From Octopus sinensis (taxonomy: Eukaryota), in assembly GCF_006345805.1 (NCBI RefSeq), contig NC_043008.1:12276001-12340000 (forward strand): 64,000 nt of DNA, given 5' to 3'. Of this stretch, positions 36,539 to 49,040 are shown in pieces. The stretch's first letter is position 1; every line of letters begins with the position of its first letter. The notes below the pieces were generated by a model. The model was not told the DNA's origin. It was given only the letters and a program-made list of their open reading frames with translations, and did not search any database. The position numbers were made by a program, and so were the translations under genes.

Positions 36539-36745
36539 TAATAATAATAATAATAATAATATCAAAAAATACCTTAGGAATGAGAACCCAGGTTCGAAAT
36601 TTCCCCAAGACACCTGATGAAGGCTGGAGGGTATATCAGCCGAAACGTTGTGTTAACAAGAAACAAGATGAGGGCAAATATTCGTCAAATGTAAATAATG
36701 TAAATCATGTGCATAGTTCCTCATCTCTTAAATATAGAACTGTAT
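36301..36745 (+). mobile_element. Family F element: tRNA-like head (inverted here), (AAT)n, hammerhead tail
   Basis: 36301-36362 is the reverse complement of the head (tggcgtagtgg box A, gttcaattcc box B); forward from ~36362; homolog at 52410-52695. Confidence 0.85.
36609..36654 (+). ncRNA. Minimal type I hammerhead ribozyme, intact core
   Basis: gacac-CTGATGA-a-ggctg-gagggtatat-cagcc-GAAA-cgt-t-gtgtt; predicted cleavage after U36649 (GUU). Confidence 0.85.
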
Positions 36746-38019
36746 GAGTATTTTTGTTCATAAATTCTTTCTGGAATAAAAGATAATGGTACTTCCAAAG
36801 AGATGTTTTAATATGGGTCTTGAGACGTTATAGCCTTCAGTCACTATAAAAGAAATCCATCATGAAAACCAAATTCCAGGTTTGTAAAAGCTTGTCAGAA
36901 TGTTCTGGAATATTTCTTAGGACTTGCTCTCTTGCTTGTCAACTCCTGTCAAAAATGATTGGTCGGAAAAAATGTCAGTGTCGATGAAGTTGAAAGATAT
37001 AGCATCGCTAGCTAGCGCCAGTCGACATTACCAAATATTGTGAAGCTAACTGCAAGTGGATTTCACTTTCACACTGAATTGTTCTAATTCCAAACTTAAG
37101 GAAGCTATTGGTGCTGCAGGAATTCTTTTTCAGTACATTTCTTGTTAGATAAATTAATAAAATCAAAGAATCAGAATGTGTCTGATCATTTGTTGTGAAT
37201 TCAATAAAATATGATATTAAATATCTGCTCCAAATTGGATAAATATATGTTAGAACGATAGCAAAAATGGAAAAAATTATATGAACAGGGAAATATACAT
37301 CAAATAGTTCAGTTTATGAATAATTAAAAGATTGTGGTATGTTCTTGAATTTAGTGCTGTGAGAGTACAAAAATGAAGAACAAAAGAGAAAAATGTGTAT
37401 ATAAATGTGAGTAAGAATAAATTTGTGTTTGCAAAAAAATGCTTGTATGATAGCAATGCATATTGTTTAATTGATGATGAACCAACAAAAGCACAACTAT
37501 GCAAATCAGGGCATCCACCACGGTGCTAGCTTAATTTATGACTGTAGTGCAGTGCTGTTGCTTAGGAAGGAAGCTGGGAGCATCTTCTCTAATCAGCAAC
37601 CAACAAACTAAGATATAGACCATCAGGAGAGTCCTTCCCTTCCTATAGTAAAATAAGCATTTTCTTGCCTAAAAATTAATATATTAATAAATAAAAATAC
37701 AGTACGGTACTGTACTGTATAATGCATTAATTAAAATATATTTAACGAAAATATGTATTGCACTGTTGATGAGCAACGAATTGCACATATTGTATGGAAA
37801 ATGAAATTCAGGAGGTGAGTGTGTGGTATTGCTTTGCATTCATAATAAAATAAATACATATAAATTATAAAAATAATAAAAAAAAAAACAAGACAACACT
37901 AACGTTCTCTCAATGATTAGCCAGAGAGGATTTTAAAAAATGAGAATATCTGAAATAAACTCGACTGCTCTCACAAATGAGAATACTAAAAACGAACTTG
38001 ATTGTTCTCAAAAATTGAG

Positions 38020-38245
38020 TAAAATAACCGGAAAAATAATCCCAAATCCTTGTCCGGTACTGGATTGATACCAAAATCTAATCAGTTTCTGCCAGTCATG
38101 AGACCAAACATCTCTGAGAGTTTCATATGGATCCATCATGTGCTTCTTGAGATTTGTTTGTCTGTCCATCCAGTGTTTGTTTGTCCAAAAACAAACAAAC
38201 ACGACTGCAAACAATAACTCTACCTTTGCTAAGGTGGAGGTAAAA
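38020..38245 (+). mobile_element. Helentron/HINE-like non-autonomous remnant
   Basis: 3' end aaacaataactctacctttgctaaggtggaggtaaaa (sub-terminal hairpin) after ca-aa/tg-tt low-complexity repeats; family assignment from recalled architecture. Confidence 0.45.
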
Positions 38246-38349
38246 ATATACAGTACAGTATTGTTTCTACTTTGCAGAATTTTCACCTATTGCAGTGGAG
38301 TTTTGGAAACTAACACCCACAATAGTCAAGGGATTACTGTATGAATATA

Positions 38350-38743
38350 CGAGCAGTATCGCCTGGCATTGCTCGGGTTTGTTTCGACCCTTTGGAATTG
38401 GAATTTTTGAAAAGTACAAATTTTGCATTATGTAGCTTGTTATTCTCTTTGAGGGAACATTTTTCTGGTTGAAATACACCGCAAAATGGCAACACAGCAG
38501 TCAAAAAATCGTAAAAAATAGATATTTTCATAGAAAAAAAGCGCCTTTTTGATGTAAATAATTTTTGGTGTTAACATGGTCCGATTTGAATTTTGTCTTC
38601 TACAGAATGAAGAGCAAGCCTTCTTCTATCATACTCTCAATTTTGGTCAACTTGCACTGCAGGGTCTCAGAGGAGATTATGTTAGTTGAAGGCTACCAAA
38701 CCTGACATACGCAAACAACTTCAGCTTTATATATATATATAGA
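38350..38743 (-). mobile_element. Non-autonomous Helitron sharing termini with 1173-1664
   Basis: minus strand 5' TCtatatatatatataaagctgaagttg; 3' aaacccgagcaatgccaggcgatactgctcg (CTAG mutated to CTCG). Confidence 0.8.
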
Positions 38744-38774
38744 TATGTGTGTGTGGTTCTGTGAATGTACACCA

Positions 38775-39192
38775 TTACTCTCTTTACTCTTTTACTCTTT
38801 TACTTGTTTCAGTCATTTGACTGCGGCCATGCTGGAGCACCGCCTTTAGTCGAGCAAATCAACCCCGGTACTTATTCTTTGTAAGCCCAGTACTTATTCT
38901 ATCGGTCTTTTTTTTTTGCCGAACCGCTAAGTGACGGGGACGTAAACACACCAGCATCGGTTGTCAAGCGATGTTGGGGGACAAACACAGACACACAAAC
39001 ACACACACACATATATATATACATATATATAACAGGCTTCTTTCAGTTTCCGTCTACCAAATCCACTCACAAGGCATTGGTCGGCCCGGGGCTATAGCAG
39101 AAGACACTTGCCCAAGATGCCACGCAGTGGGACTGAACCCGGAACCATGTGGTTGGTTAGCAAGCTACTTACCACACAGCCACTCCTGCGCC
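38775..39192 (-). mobile_element. SINE family A, full length
   Basis: complete reverse-complement copy with (cttttact)n tail. Confidence 0.92.
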
Positions 39193-39449
39193 TATGTATC
39201 AATCATAATAAGCAGTAAAATTTGTATTTTGGGGTAATATGAAATACCCATTAAATGCAATATGCATTTCTCCATGCAGTGATGAAATGGGTCGGTATCT
39301 TTCTGGATTGGTTCACTTTTCCAGATGCATTCTTCACAGCCAAGTAAACCTTTGCATAACCGATTCCTCTCTGTCGGCTCCGTTAAATAAAACGGTTTTT
39401 TGGATCGCCGCAGTTATTTGGCATCGTTTGCATGGTGTAGTATTCTCTA

Positions 39450-40140
39450 AAGAATGTGTGTGTGCAAGTCTGCATGTGCGTATGTCTGGGTGTGCGTGAT
39501 TGTGTGTGTGTGGTTGTGTGTGTGCACATGCGATTGTGTGTGCTTGTGTGTATTTGCGTGAGTGTGTTTGTGTGTGTGTGATTGTGTGTGCATGTGTGTG
39601 TGTGCATGTGTGTGTGTGCATGTGTGTGATTGTGTGTATTTGTGTGGGTGTGTTTGCGTGTGTGTGTGTGGTTGTGTGTGTATGTGTGTGTGCATGTGTG
39701 TGATTGTGTGTATTTGTGTGGGTGTGTTTGCGTGTGTGTGTGTGCGTGTGCACGTGTGTGTGTGATTGTGTGTGCATGTGTGTATGTCTGTACTTGTTTG
39801 TATTTGTGTGAGTGTGTCTATGTGTGTGTGCTTGGTATGTTTGTGTGTGTGTGATTGTGTGCTTGTGTTTATTTGTGTGTGTGTGTGTATATTTCTGCGC
39901 ATGTGTGTGTGTGTGCACATGCGATTGTGTGTGCTTGTGTGTATTTGCGTGAGTGTGTTTGTGTGTGTGTGTATGTGTGTGTGCATGTGTGTGTGTGCAT
40001 CTGTGTGTGCATGTGCATGTGTGTGTGTACTACTTTGTATTTGTGTGAGTGTGTTTATGTATGTGTTTGTGTGTGTGTGTATTTCTATGTGTATGTGTAT
40101 GTTTGTGTGCATGTGTTTGTGTGTATATGTGTGTGTGTGT
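39450..40140. repeat. Compound GT-rich field with higher-order repeats
   Basis: recurring gtgtgattgtgtgtatttgtgtgggtgtgtttgcgtg units. Confidence 0.92.
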
Positions 40141-40572
40141 ATAACTTTTAGCTTCTCCTTTTTCAGTCACTGGACTGTGGTCATGCTGGAGCACTGCCTC
40201 GAACGGTTTTAATCGAACAGACTGACTTCAGTTCTTATTTCTATTTTCTAATGTTTGCAAAATTATTCTGTTGGTCTCTTTTGCTGAACTGCTAAGTTAT
40301 GGTGGACGTAAACACACTGCCACCAGTTGTCAAGCGATGTTGGGAGGACAAACACAGACACACAAACACACACACACACACACACATACATTTATATATA
40401 TACATATATACGATGGACTTCTCTCAGTTTCCGTCTACCAAATCCACTCACAAGGCTTTGGTCGGCCCAAGGCTATAGTAGAAGACACTTGCCCAAGGTG
40501 CCACGTAGTGGGGATGAACCCAGAACCATGTGGTTGGTATGCAAGCTACTTACCACACAGCCACTCCTGCGC
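40140..40572 (-). mobile_element. SINE family A, full length
   Basis: complete reverse-complement copy. Confidence 0.9.
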
Positions 40573-40989
40573 CTGAACATACAAATTTGAACTCAGACCA
40601 TAAAAACAGATGAGATACTGCTAAGCATATCGCCTGGCGTGCTAAGATTTTTGCCAGCTCGCAGTCTTTAGCTCAAAAATTTATTAGACACGCTTTATGT
40701 ATATTAAGTAAGAGAATTCCTGACTGCATTTGTTTCATGTAAAATGATTTGAGCAGATTAAAGTAACTTGCACCAAAGCACAATACAGTGCTGCTAATAA
40801 CAAAAATCTAAAACACTCATTCTTTTCATCTGCTGTAGTTTTCTCATTGAATTACAAATTGGTTATTAGTATCTAGTAATATTTATATTATAGATTTAGA
40901 GTTGAAAGTCACCTGTATATTCTGTACTATTCACATTAGCAGAAAGAAGTCTGCTTGGAAGTTATTATTATAATGATGTGCAGTATATA

Positions 40990-41279
40990 CAAGGGTGAGT
41001 CAAAAACTAATTCCATTTTGTTTAGGACAGGTATCATACATCAAAATGAAGCTGGTCCACTGTGGATCACATCCCTACTTCTCAACATAGTCACTGTTTC
41101 TCTCAATAGCAATCTTCCACCTTCGAATGAGACCATGTATCCATGTCTCGTAAAATTTTGTTGACTGTTCTTTGAGCCACTTCTTCACTGCAGTTTTTAC
41201 ATCCTGGTCACTGGACTATCATCTCTTCAGCCCCATGAAAGAGGGTTTGAGAGGCAAACATTATTCCCATGCCAGTGAC
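40990..41279 (-). mobile_element. mariner transposase C-terminal remnant plus TIR, with an inverted upstream piece
   Basis: TA-caagggtgagtcaaaa TIR; minus SDQDVKTAVKKWLKEQSTKFYETWIHGLIRRWKIAIERNSDYVEK* (stop 41075-41077); plus 41214-41267 DYHLFSPMKEGLRGKHYS. Confidence 0.88.
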
Positions 41280-41409
41280 ACCTAAAAAATACCTTTCGAG
41301 TGTTGTGCCTCACAAAGGCAATGACAAATGATCATCAGGACTTTGGGCAATATGCTGTGCTTGAGAAGAAGACCCATTGAGCCAAGCAAAATCCTAGTCG
41401 TGGCACATA

Positions 41410-41675
41410 CTAGTGTAATGCAAGTGGCACATATGCCAGTGGCACGTATGCCAGTGGCACGTATGCCAGTGGCACGTATGCCAGTGGCACGTATGCCAGT
41501 GGCACATAAAAGCGCCGATTACACTCTCAGAGTAATTGGTGTAATGAAAAACGTCCAGCTGTAGAAACCATGGCAAATCATTCTGGAGCCTGATGCGGTC
41601 TCTCAGCTTCCTAGCCTTGGTCAAACTGTCCACCTCCTACCCAGCATGGACAACGGACATTAAATGATGATGATG
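41410..41675 (+). mobile_element. SINE family D with a 15-bp minisatellite
   Basis: (gtatgccagtggcac) x5-6, then D body and (gat)n tail. Confidence 0.85.
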
Positions 41676-42697
41676 TGTGTGTGTGTGCATATATTAATGT
41701 TTCTTGGCTTTCACATTGTGGGATTGTTATTAGAGATGAGTGTGACCACCATACAAGCAGTGTATGATGGACACATTTTCAAACATCCATTGGAACAGGT
41801 CCAGTTATGGGGAATTACATTGCTTAGAAGCAGATAAGTGTTGGTTGCAGGAAAGGCATCCGGCTATAGAAAATCTATCTCAATGAATTCTGACCTTGGA
41901 GAAGGGACAGTAAATGATGTTAATGCCGTCACCTGTCTAATAGTAAAAGACCGAGATGTTAAGGAAAGTATTTGCTATGGCTATGATTGTACATCGGATT
42001 TATTGAAGAATAGAATTTTGAGAAGAATCTAAATCATGTGAAAAAAAAATGGATAAGAATTATATGGGAATAAAAAACAAAACCGTTATATTTTGATTTA
42101 GATTTAAATTTGAGAAAAAGCTGTTTTCTTTACCCATGTTTCGATGGATTTTCTTTGGTATGGTTTAGCAAAGCATTTTCATTTTAATGACAAGAAAAAT
42201 TCTATGAATTATGTGACAATTGACAGAGAGCCGAGATAACTTGTTTGAAAGAGAGGAGAGAGAGGGAGAGATTGAGGGAGAGAGAGAGAGAGAGAGAGAG
42301 AGGTAGAGAAAGGCAGAGAGCATTGGACTGAAGTTCTAAGAGTCCATGGTGAAATAACAGGTTTTGGAATGGCTATGAGGTTCTATTTTGGTCTTAAATA
42401 TATATCTATCTATCTATCTATCTATCTAACTACCTACCTATCTATCGGTCTGTCTATCTATCTATCGGTCTGTCTCTCTCTCTCTCTCTACATATATATA
42501 TATATTTGTATGTGTAACAAAATAGTTTAGAAAAAAACCATTCGTTTCATATCTAATGTGAACTAGACATCGTTTCATTTTTTTCTAAATGATAACCGAT
42601 CTCTGCAAAAAATGTTTTAAACACAAGAACGCCAGTGATAGTTCAAGTATATATATATATATACATACATATATACACATATGTATATATATGTATA

Positions 42698-42773
<76 letters not shown>

Positions 42774-42875
42774 GTATACACACGTACACATATATAATAA
42801 AAGAAGAATGGAAGCCGCACTTACATTTCTATTCATTGTTGGATAATTGTGAATACATTTGAATCCTATTGGAAC

Positions 42876-43200
42876 GGTGCATTACCTAAAAAGAATAAAA
42901 TTCCATCATTGCTGCATTCTGAACTAAGATAATGGATTACTTAACTCTTGTTTTTGCGTTATTCTATCTCACCAATTTGCAGCCCATTTCACAGAGATAT
43001 GCTTTGATCCTTTAGGGATCCCCTTTAATCAAAACTATATATTTTAATTACAAAGGATCCCTGAAGGATCGAGGCACATTAAAGTGAATCATGCTACAAA
43101 AATTGGTGAGATAGAAGAATGCAAAATGCAGTAAAGCAAACCATTATCTTAGCACAGAATGTGCCAATGATGGACGTTTACTGTTGTTAGGTAATTTACC
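42876..43200. mobile_element. Foldback element / MITE with ~145-bp imperfect inverted arms
   Basis: ctaagataatgg/ccattatcttag, ttctatctcaccaattt/aaattggtgagatagaa, gatcctttagggatcc/ggatccctgaaggatc. Confidence 0.8.
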
Positions 43201-43309
43201 TTACCAAATGCATCTGGAATTAACTGTGTGCAACCACGAGAGAAACTGAGAGGAACAAGAGACTTGGCTTCAGAAAAATGGAAAATATCTGTTATTAACC
43301 TCTACTAAT

Positions 43310-43720
43310 AGGTGCAGGAGTGACTGTGTGGTAAGTATCTTGCTTACAAACCACATGGCTCCGGGTTCAGTCCCACTGTGTGGCACTTTGGGCAAATGTC
43401 TTCTACTAGCCTCGCGCCGACCAAAACCTTGTGAGTGGATTTGGTAGACGGAAACTGAAAGAAGCCCATCGTGTACATATATATATATATATATATATAC
43501 ATATGTATGTGTTTGTTTGTGTATCTGTGTTTGTCCCCCCAACATCGCTTGACAACCAATGTTGGTGTGTTTATGTCCTAGCCACATAGTGGTTCAGCAA
43601 GAGAGACCGATAGAATAAGCACTAGGCTTACAAATAATTGGTCCTGGGGTCGATTTGCTCGACTAAAGGTGGTGCTCCAGCATAGCCACAGACAAATGAC
43701 TGAAACAAATAAAAGAATAA
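43310..43720 (+). mobile_element. SINE family A, full length
   Basis: ggtgcaggagtgactgtgtggtaag...tgaaacaaataaaag. Confidence 0.92.
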
Positions 43721-43802
43721 GAATATGGTATTGTGTACTTTTTCTTCTAGCAGACTACACTAAACACACACACACACACCACACACACACACACACACAC
43801 AT

Positions 43803-44013
43803 ATTTTATTCTTTTATTTGTTTCAGTCATTTGACTGGAGCCATGCTGGAGCACCACCTTTAGCCGAACAAATCAACCCCAGGGTTTATTCTTTGTAAGA
43901 CTAGTACTTATCTTATCTTATCAGTCTCTTTTGACAAACCACTAAGTTACAGGGACGTAAACACACCAACATCAGTTGTCAAGCGATAGTGGGGGGGGTG
44001 GACAAACACAGAC
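43803..44013 (-). mobile_element. SINE family A 3' half, inverted relative to the neighbouring copy
   Basis: reverse complement of 43510-43720. Confidence 0.9.
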
Positions 44014-44077
44014 ATGGCATCAGCACTGGCAAGGTCTAGTGGCTTGGGTGGTTTTCCATGGCACCAGCACCAGGACC

Positions 44078-44410
44078 AGCTCCACGAGGTTCCGGCAGGG
44101 GGTGGGGGTGGCGACCCCTGCTGTACTCTTTCACCCCAACTTTCTCTCACTCTTTCTTCCTGTTTCTTGTCCCCGACTTCCTACGCAACCGCTGAGCCTG
44201 GATGTGCATTCATCCATCCGTTGATGCTCTCGGTGTCGGGGGTTGACCTGGTTTCTCTTCTGCGGGTCTTACGAATAGCAAAGGACCACGTTTCGAACCA
44301 CTCAGACCGGACTGTAACCGGGACCAGCAAGACAATCATTACAAGGCACTACTTTGAAAACCCCTTCTGCAACATGAACAAGTAGGGGTTAATCTGGCAA
44401 TTGAGGTGAA
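44078..44410 (+). mobile_element. Family E-related segment with a unique GC-richer body
   Basis: agctccacgaggttccggcagggggtggggtggcgacccctgctgtactctttcac shared with 45917-46199 and 61888-62393. Confidence 0.6.
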
Positions 44411-44616
44411 CTGAAAAACACAATTGAGAAGATCAGTAAAGCATCTTGTGCTCATATATATATATTAATAGCTGGTATCTTCTTTTATTATCAAATTAAA
44501 CGACTGATATTAAATTTGCTCGTTTTATATTGAGAAGCAGCTGAGGTTATCAAACGTTACAATATAGAACCCGTAAAAACTCAGAAAAAATATTAGCAGC
44601 AATATGTTCATTAAGT

Positions 44617-44618
44617 GT

Positions 44619-44669
<51 letters not shown>

Positions 44670-44680
44670 CAGCAGCAGTT

Positions 44681-44718
<38 letters not shown>

Positions 44719-45022
44719 GGTGGTGGTGATGGCAGTGGTGGTGGTGGTGGAGGTGGCGGCAGTGGTGGTGGTTGTGGTAGTGGTTGTGGTAGTGGTGGTT
44801 GTTGTGGTGGTGGTGGTGGTGGTGGTGGTAGTTGTAGTAGTAGTAGTAGTAGTGGTGGTGGTGGTGGTGGTGGTGGTGATGGCAGTGGTGGTGGTAGTGG
44901 AGGTGGCAGCAGTGGTGGTCGTGGTGGTCATGGTAGTGCTGGTGCTGGTGGTGATGGTCGTGGTGGTAGTGGTGGTGGTGGTGGTGGTAGTGGTAGTGGT
45001 AGTGGTAGTAGTAATAGTAGTA
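44617..45022. repeat. Compound (GTA)/(GTG)/(GCA) trinucleotide field
   Basis: directly visible. Confidence 0.97.
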
Positions 45023-45557
45023 GTTCAGACCCCCCGAAATATGCTACAAGCTAAATATATAATTAAAAGTAAATATAATTAAAGGGGGGGAATAAAAATA
45101 AAAAAAAAGAAAATTGATGAATGTTGTTAATAAATATTCATGACAATGACAAAAAAAAACAATCAAAAACAACAAAAAAACACTGAACTGAAATTTAAAA
45201 AAACAAAAAAAATTTAATCAGAATATCCAAAGAATTTTGAAGAGAATCTAAGTAGAGGAGAGTAATGCTGGGTTTTTGTTTTTAGTTTTTATTATTAATA
45301 TTGAAAAATTTGAATACCATTATCTGTATCGGTATTTGTACCCATTCACAGTTAGTGCAGAAAATTCCATGGCTACATTAAAAGCAGAGAGAAGTAAGCA
45401 CATGTTGCATTGCATGTGAAGCCGCAGCACCTATCGTGTGATTTCTAATAGAATATCATTGTATAGTAATGGAATAATGGCGCTAAAGTCACGGTACATA
45501 TAAATATTCGTTATCAAAGACTGTCTATACATAATTCTACTGAAATATATCCTGTAT

Positions 45558-45597
<40 letters not shown>

Positions 45598-45916
45598 TCT
45601 TTTATTCTGTTATTCTTTTACTTGTTTCAGTCGTTTGACTGCGGCCATGCTGGAGCACCTGCCTTCAGTCGAGTAAATCGACACCATGACTTATTCTTTG
45701 AAAGCCTTGTATTTATTCTGTTGGTCTCTTTTGCTGAACCGCTAAATTACGGGGGCATAAACACACCAGCATTGGTTGTCAAGCGATGTTGGGGGGACAA
45801 ACAAATACACACACATACATACATATCTATATATGTGTGTATGTGTTTATATATGTATATATATATATATATTATATATATATATATATATATACATATA
45901 TATATACATATATATA

Positions 45917-46199
45917 TCATGTGATCACGTGACTGACCAGACTATCAGATGTTGTTACACATCGCTGGTCACAATGCGTTCGCATTGTTTTAGCCTTCAA
46001 ATGATGCCACCTTGCTGGCTAAGCGAGCAGGCCAACAGAAGAAAGAGTGGTGAAAGTGTACAGCAGGGATCACCACCCCCTGCTGGAGCATCGTGGAGCT
46101 TTTAGGTGTTTTCGCTCAATAAGCACTCACAACGCCTGGTCTGGGAACCGAAACCGCGATCCTACGACCGCGAGTCCGCTGCCCTAACCACTGGGCCAT
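45917..46199 (-). mobile_element. SINE family E (tRNA-Arg-like head)
   Basis: tggcccagtggttagggcagcggactcgcggtcgtaggatcgcggtttcggttccc; tail gtcacgtgatcacatgat abuts (TA)n. Confidence 0.85.
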
Positions 46200-46203
46200 A
46201 TAT

Positions 46204-46246
<43 letters not shown>

Positions 46247-46286
46247 CATACACACACACACATACACTCTGTATAAGAACAATATA

Positions 46287-46391
46287 CGAGGGGTTTATGA
46301 ACATGTTGAGCCTTCAAGTCTTGTACCTTGATCAGAAATCTTGTACAATATTTTGTTTTTTTGAGGCTCAAGACTTTTCATACACCCCTCG
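46287..46391. mobile_element. 105-bp mariner-type MITE, TA TSD
   Basis: TA-cgaggggtttatgaacatgttgagcc ... ggctcaagacttttcatacacccctcg-TA. Confidence 0.85.
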
Positions 46392-46590
46392 TATATTCCA
46401 GATAAATTGTTGCTAACTATTTTCTTTTTTAATTACTGACATCTCTGAATATGTCAGTTACAACGTTAATTACATGAAGCCTATTACATTTTTAAAATGT
46501 TCTTCAAATTATTGTTATCATGAATTATTGATAGAAGAAAAAAAGTGTTAAAGCAAAAATTATGAAATTTGTATGTCATGTTGTTAGTGG

Positions 46591-46835
46591 AGGTGCATGG
46601 CTTAGTGGTTAGGGTGTCAGCATCATGATTGTAAGATTGTGGTTTCGATTCCTGGACCAGGTGACGCATTGTATTCTTGAGCAAAACACTTCATTTCACG
46701 TTGCTCCAGTCCACTCAGCTTGCAAAAATGAGTAACGCTGTGATGGACTGGTGTCCCGTCGATCTGGGGAACACATATGCCATAGAAACTGGGAAACCGG
46801 GCCCATGAGCCTGGCTAGGCTTTAAAAAGGGCACA
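46591..46835 (+). mobile_element. SINE family C
   Basis: ggaggtgcatggcttagtggttagggtgtcagc...gagcctggctaggctttaaaaaggg. Confidence 0.9.
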
Positions 46836-46857
46836 TTTATATATTATTTTATGTCAT

Positions 46858-47635
46858 ATTGGCGTTAGGAAAGGCATCCAGCCGTAGAAACATTGCCAGA
46901 TCAGACTGGGCCTGGTGCAGCCTTCTGGCTTCCCAGACCCCAGTTGAACTGTCCAACCCATGCTAGCATGGAAAGCGGACGCTAAATGATGATGATGATG
47001 ATGATGATGATTGTTATATGAAAATTCTGACTGGCACTGCGGCAGTTATGACAATGAGCATTTCGGTGGTCTGATCAATGGAACAGCCTGCTTGGGAAAT
47101 TAAGTTGCAGGTGTCTGAGTATTCCACAGACACATGTGTCCCCTTAATATAGTTCTGAGGGAGATTCAGCATGACACAGAATGCAATAAAGCTGCTCCTT
47201 TGAAATATTGGTACAACAGTTTGGCCAGATGAGTGGATGGAAGCAATGAGAAGTAAAGTGTCTTGTTTAAGGATGCAACATGCTCCTAGGAATCAAACTC
47301 ACAACCTTATGATTGTGAGCTGAACACTCTAACCACTAAGCCAACATTTGTATGTACATTCATACATACATTTATGTGGTGCCACATAAAAGTGCCTGTG
47401 CTGTGTCATGGAAAAGAACCCATGTGGCACCACATAAAAACGCCTGTGTGGACGCACGCTGTAAAGTGGTTGGTGTTAGTAAGGGCATCCAGTCGTAGAA
47501 ACCATGCCAAATCAGACTGGAACCCGGTGCGGCTCTCCACAGCTTGCCAGCTCTGGACAAACCGTCCAACCCATACCAGCATGTACAACGGACGTTAAAA
47601 TGATGATGATAATGATGAGGATGATGATGATGATG
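46858..47635 (+). mobile_element. Cluster: SINE D (46858-47010), C-type remnant (-, ~47030-47342), SINE D (47370-47635)
   Basis: two ggcatccag...ccaacccat...(gat)n blocks flanking ...ctctaaccactaagcc. Confidence 0.75.
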
Positions 47636-47639
47636 GTTC

Positions 47640-47876
47640 TTTCTGCCATTATTCTTTTAATTATTTCAGTCATTTGACTGCGGCCATGCTGGAGCACCGC
47701 CTTTAGTCGAACAAATCGCCTCCTCACTACTCCCAAGACTTATTCTTTGTAAGCGTAGTACTTACATATTCCAATTGGTCTCTTTTGCCGAACTGCTAGG
47801 TGACAGGGACGTAAACACACCAACATCGATTGTGAAATGATGGTGGGGCTGGGACAAACATAGACACAAATAACAA

Positions 47877-47907
<31 letters not shown>

Positions 47908-48140
47908 TACACACACATATATATACATATATATATACATATATATATATATATATTATATATATATATATATATATGACACCTTCTTTCACTTTCCATC
48001 TACCAAATCCACTTACAAAGCTTTGGTTGGCCCAAGGTCACAGTAGAAGGCATTTACCCAAGGTGCCATGCAGTGGGACTGAACCCAGAAGCATATGATT
48101 GGGAAACAAGCTTCTTACCACACAGCCACACCTGCTCCTA
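47640..48140 (-). mobile_element. SINE family A, full length
   Basis: complete reverse-complement copy with internal CA/TA tract. Confidence 0.9.
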
Positions 48141-48749
48141 TGATGATGATGATGATGATATTTATACTAAAATGTTTGAGTTTGTCTTAGAAAGTCTATT
48201 GAGGTAAAAAAAGGAAATTTATGTAACTTGCAAGATTATTGTGAGAGATTCTCATGATTGCTGTCCTGAGATGTCTACAGGTGGGCAGCAATCAGCCATT
48301 AATAATTAGGTGTTGGCATCTTGCCGAAATTGTTACTGTGTGGCACAAAATTTTGGCAATAATTGTTTGTTTGTTTTCTAAACATAATGAAGAAAACTTC
48401 TGTTTTTGCTAAACGAAGGAAAGAAGTGGTTTGTGTGTGTGAGAGAGAGGGAGAGATGGTGTTTGTGTGTGTGTGTGTGTGCCTGTACATGTGAATATGT
48501 GTGTGTGTTTGTGTGTGTGTTGCGAGTTAGAGAGGGATGGAATATGAGAGATAGTGTGTGGTGTGTATATGTTTGTGTGTGTGTGTAAAAGATAGTGAGA
48601 GGGAGAGTGTGTGTGTAAGGGGAAGAGAGTGTGTGAATGTGTGAGAAAGATAGTGTGTGTTACAGATAGATAAAGAGATTGTGTGTGAAAGATAGAGAAG
48701 TTGTGTGTGTGTGCATGTATGTGAGGGAGAGTGCATGAGTGTGTGTGTG

Positions 48750-49040
48750 TGTGTGTGTGTGTGTGCATGTAAAAGATATGTAGAGAGAGAGAGGGGGGGA
48801 GAAAGATAGAGATAGAGATAAAGCGGGAGAGAAAAAGGGAGAGAGGAGAGAGAGAGAGAGAGTGTATGTGTATGTGTGTGTGTGTGTGTGGTGTGTGTGT
48901 GTGTGTGTGCATGTAAAAGATATGTAGAGAGAGAGAGGGGGGGAGAAAGATAGAGATAGAGATAAAGCGGGAGAGAAAAAGGGAGAGAGGAGAGAGAGAG
49001 AGAGAGTGTATGTGTATGTGTGTGTGTGTGTGTGTGTGTG
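48750..49040. repeat. 144-bp tandem duplication inside a GT/GA field
   Basis: gcatgtaaaagatatgtagagagagagagggggg at ~48765 and ~48909. Confidence 0.92.

Noticed and set aside
39245-39445. Kinase-like GIGYAKVYLAVK on the minus strand
   Set aside because: Glycine-loop spacing is one residue short, in-frame stops flank it, and no VAIK or later kinase motifs follow.
44160-44300. Possible HDV-like ribozyme (gtccccgac/gtcgggggt pairing, cgaa-tagca)
   Set aside because: P3/L3 and P1.1 cannot be assigned.
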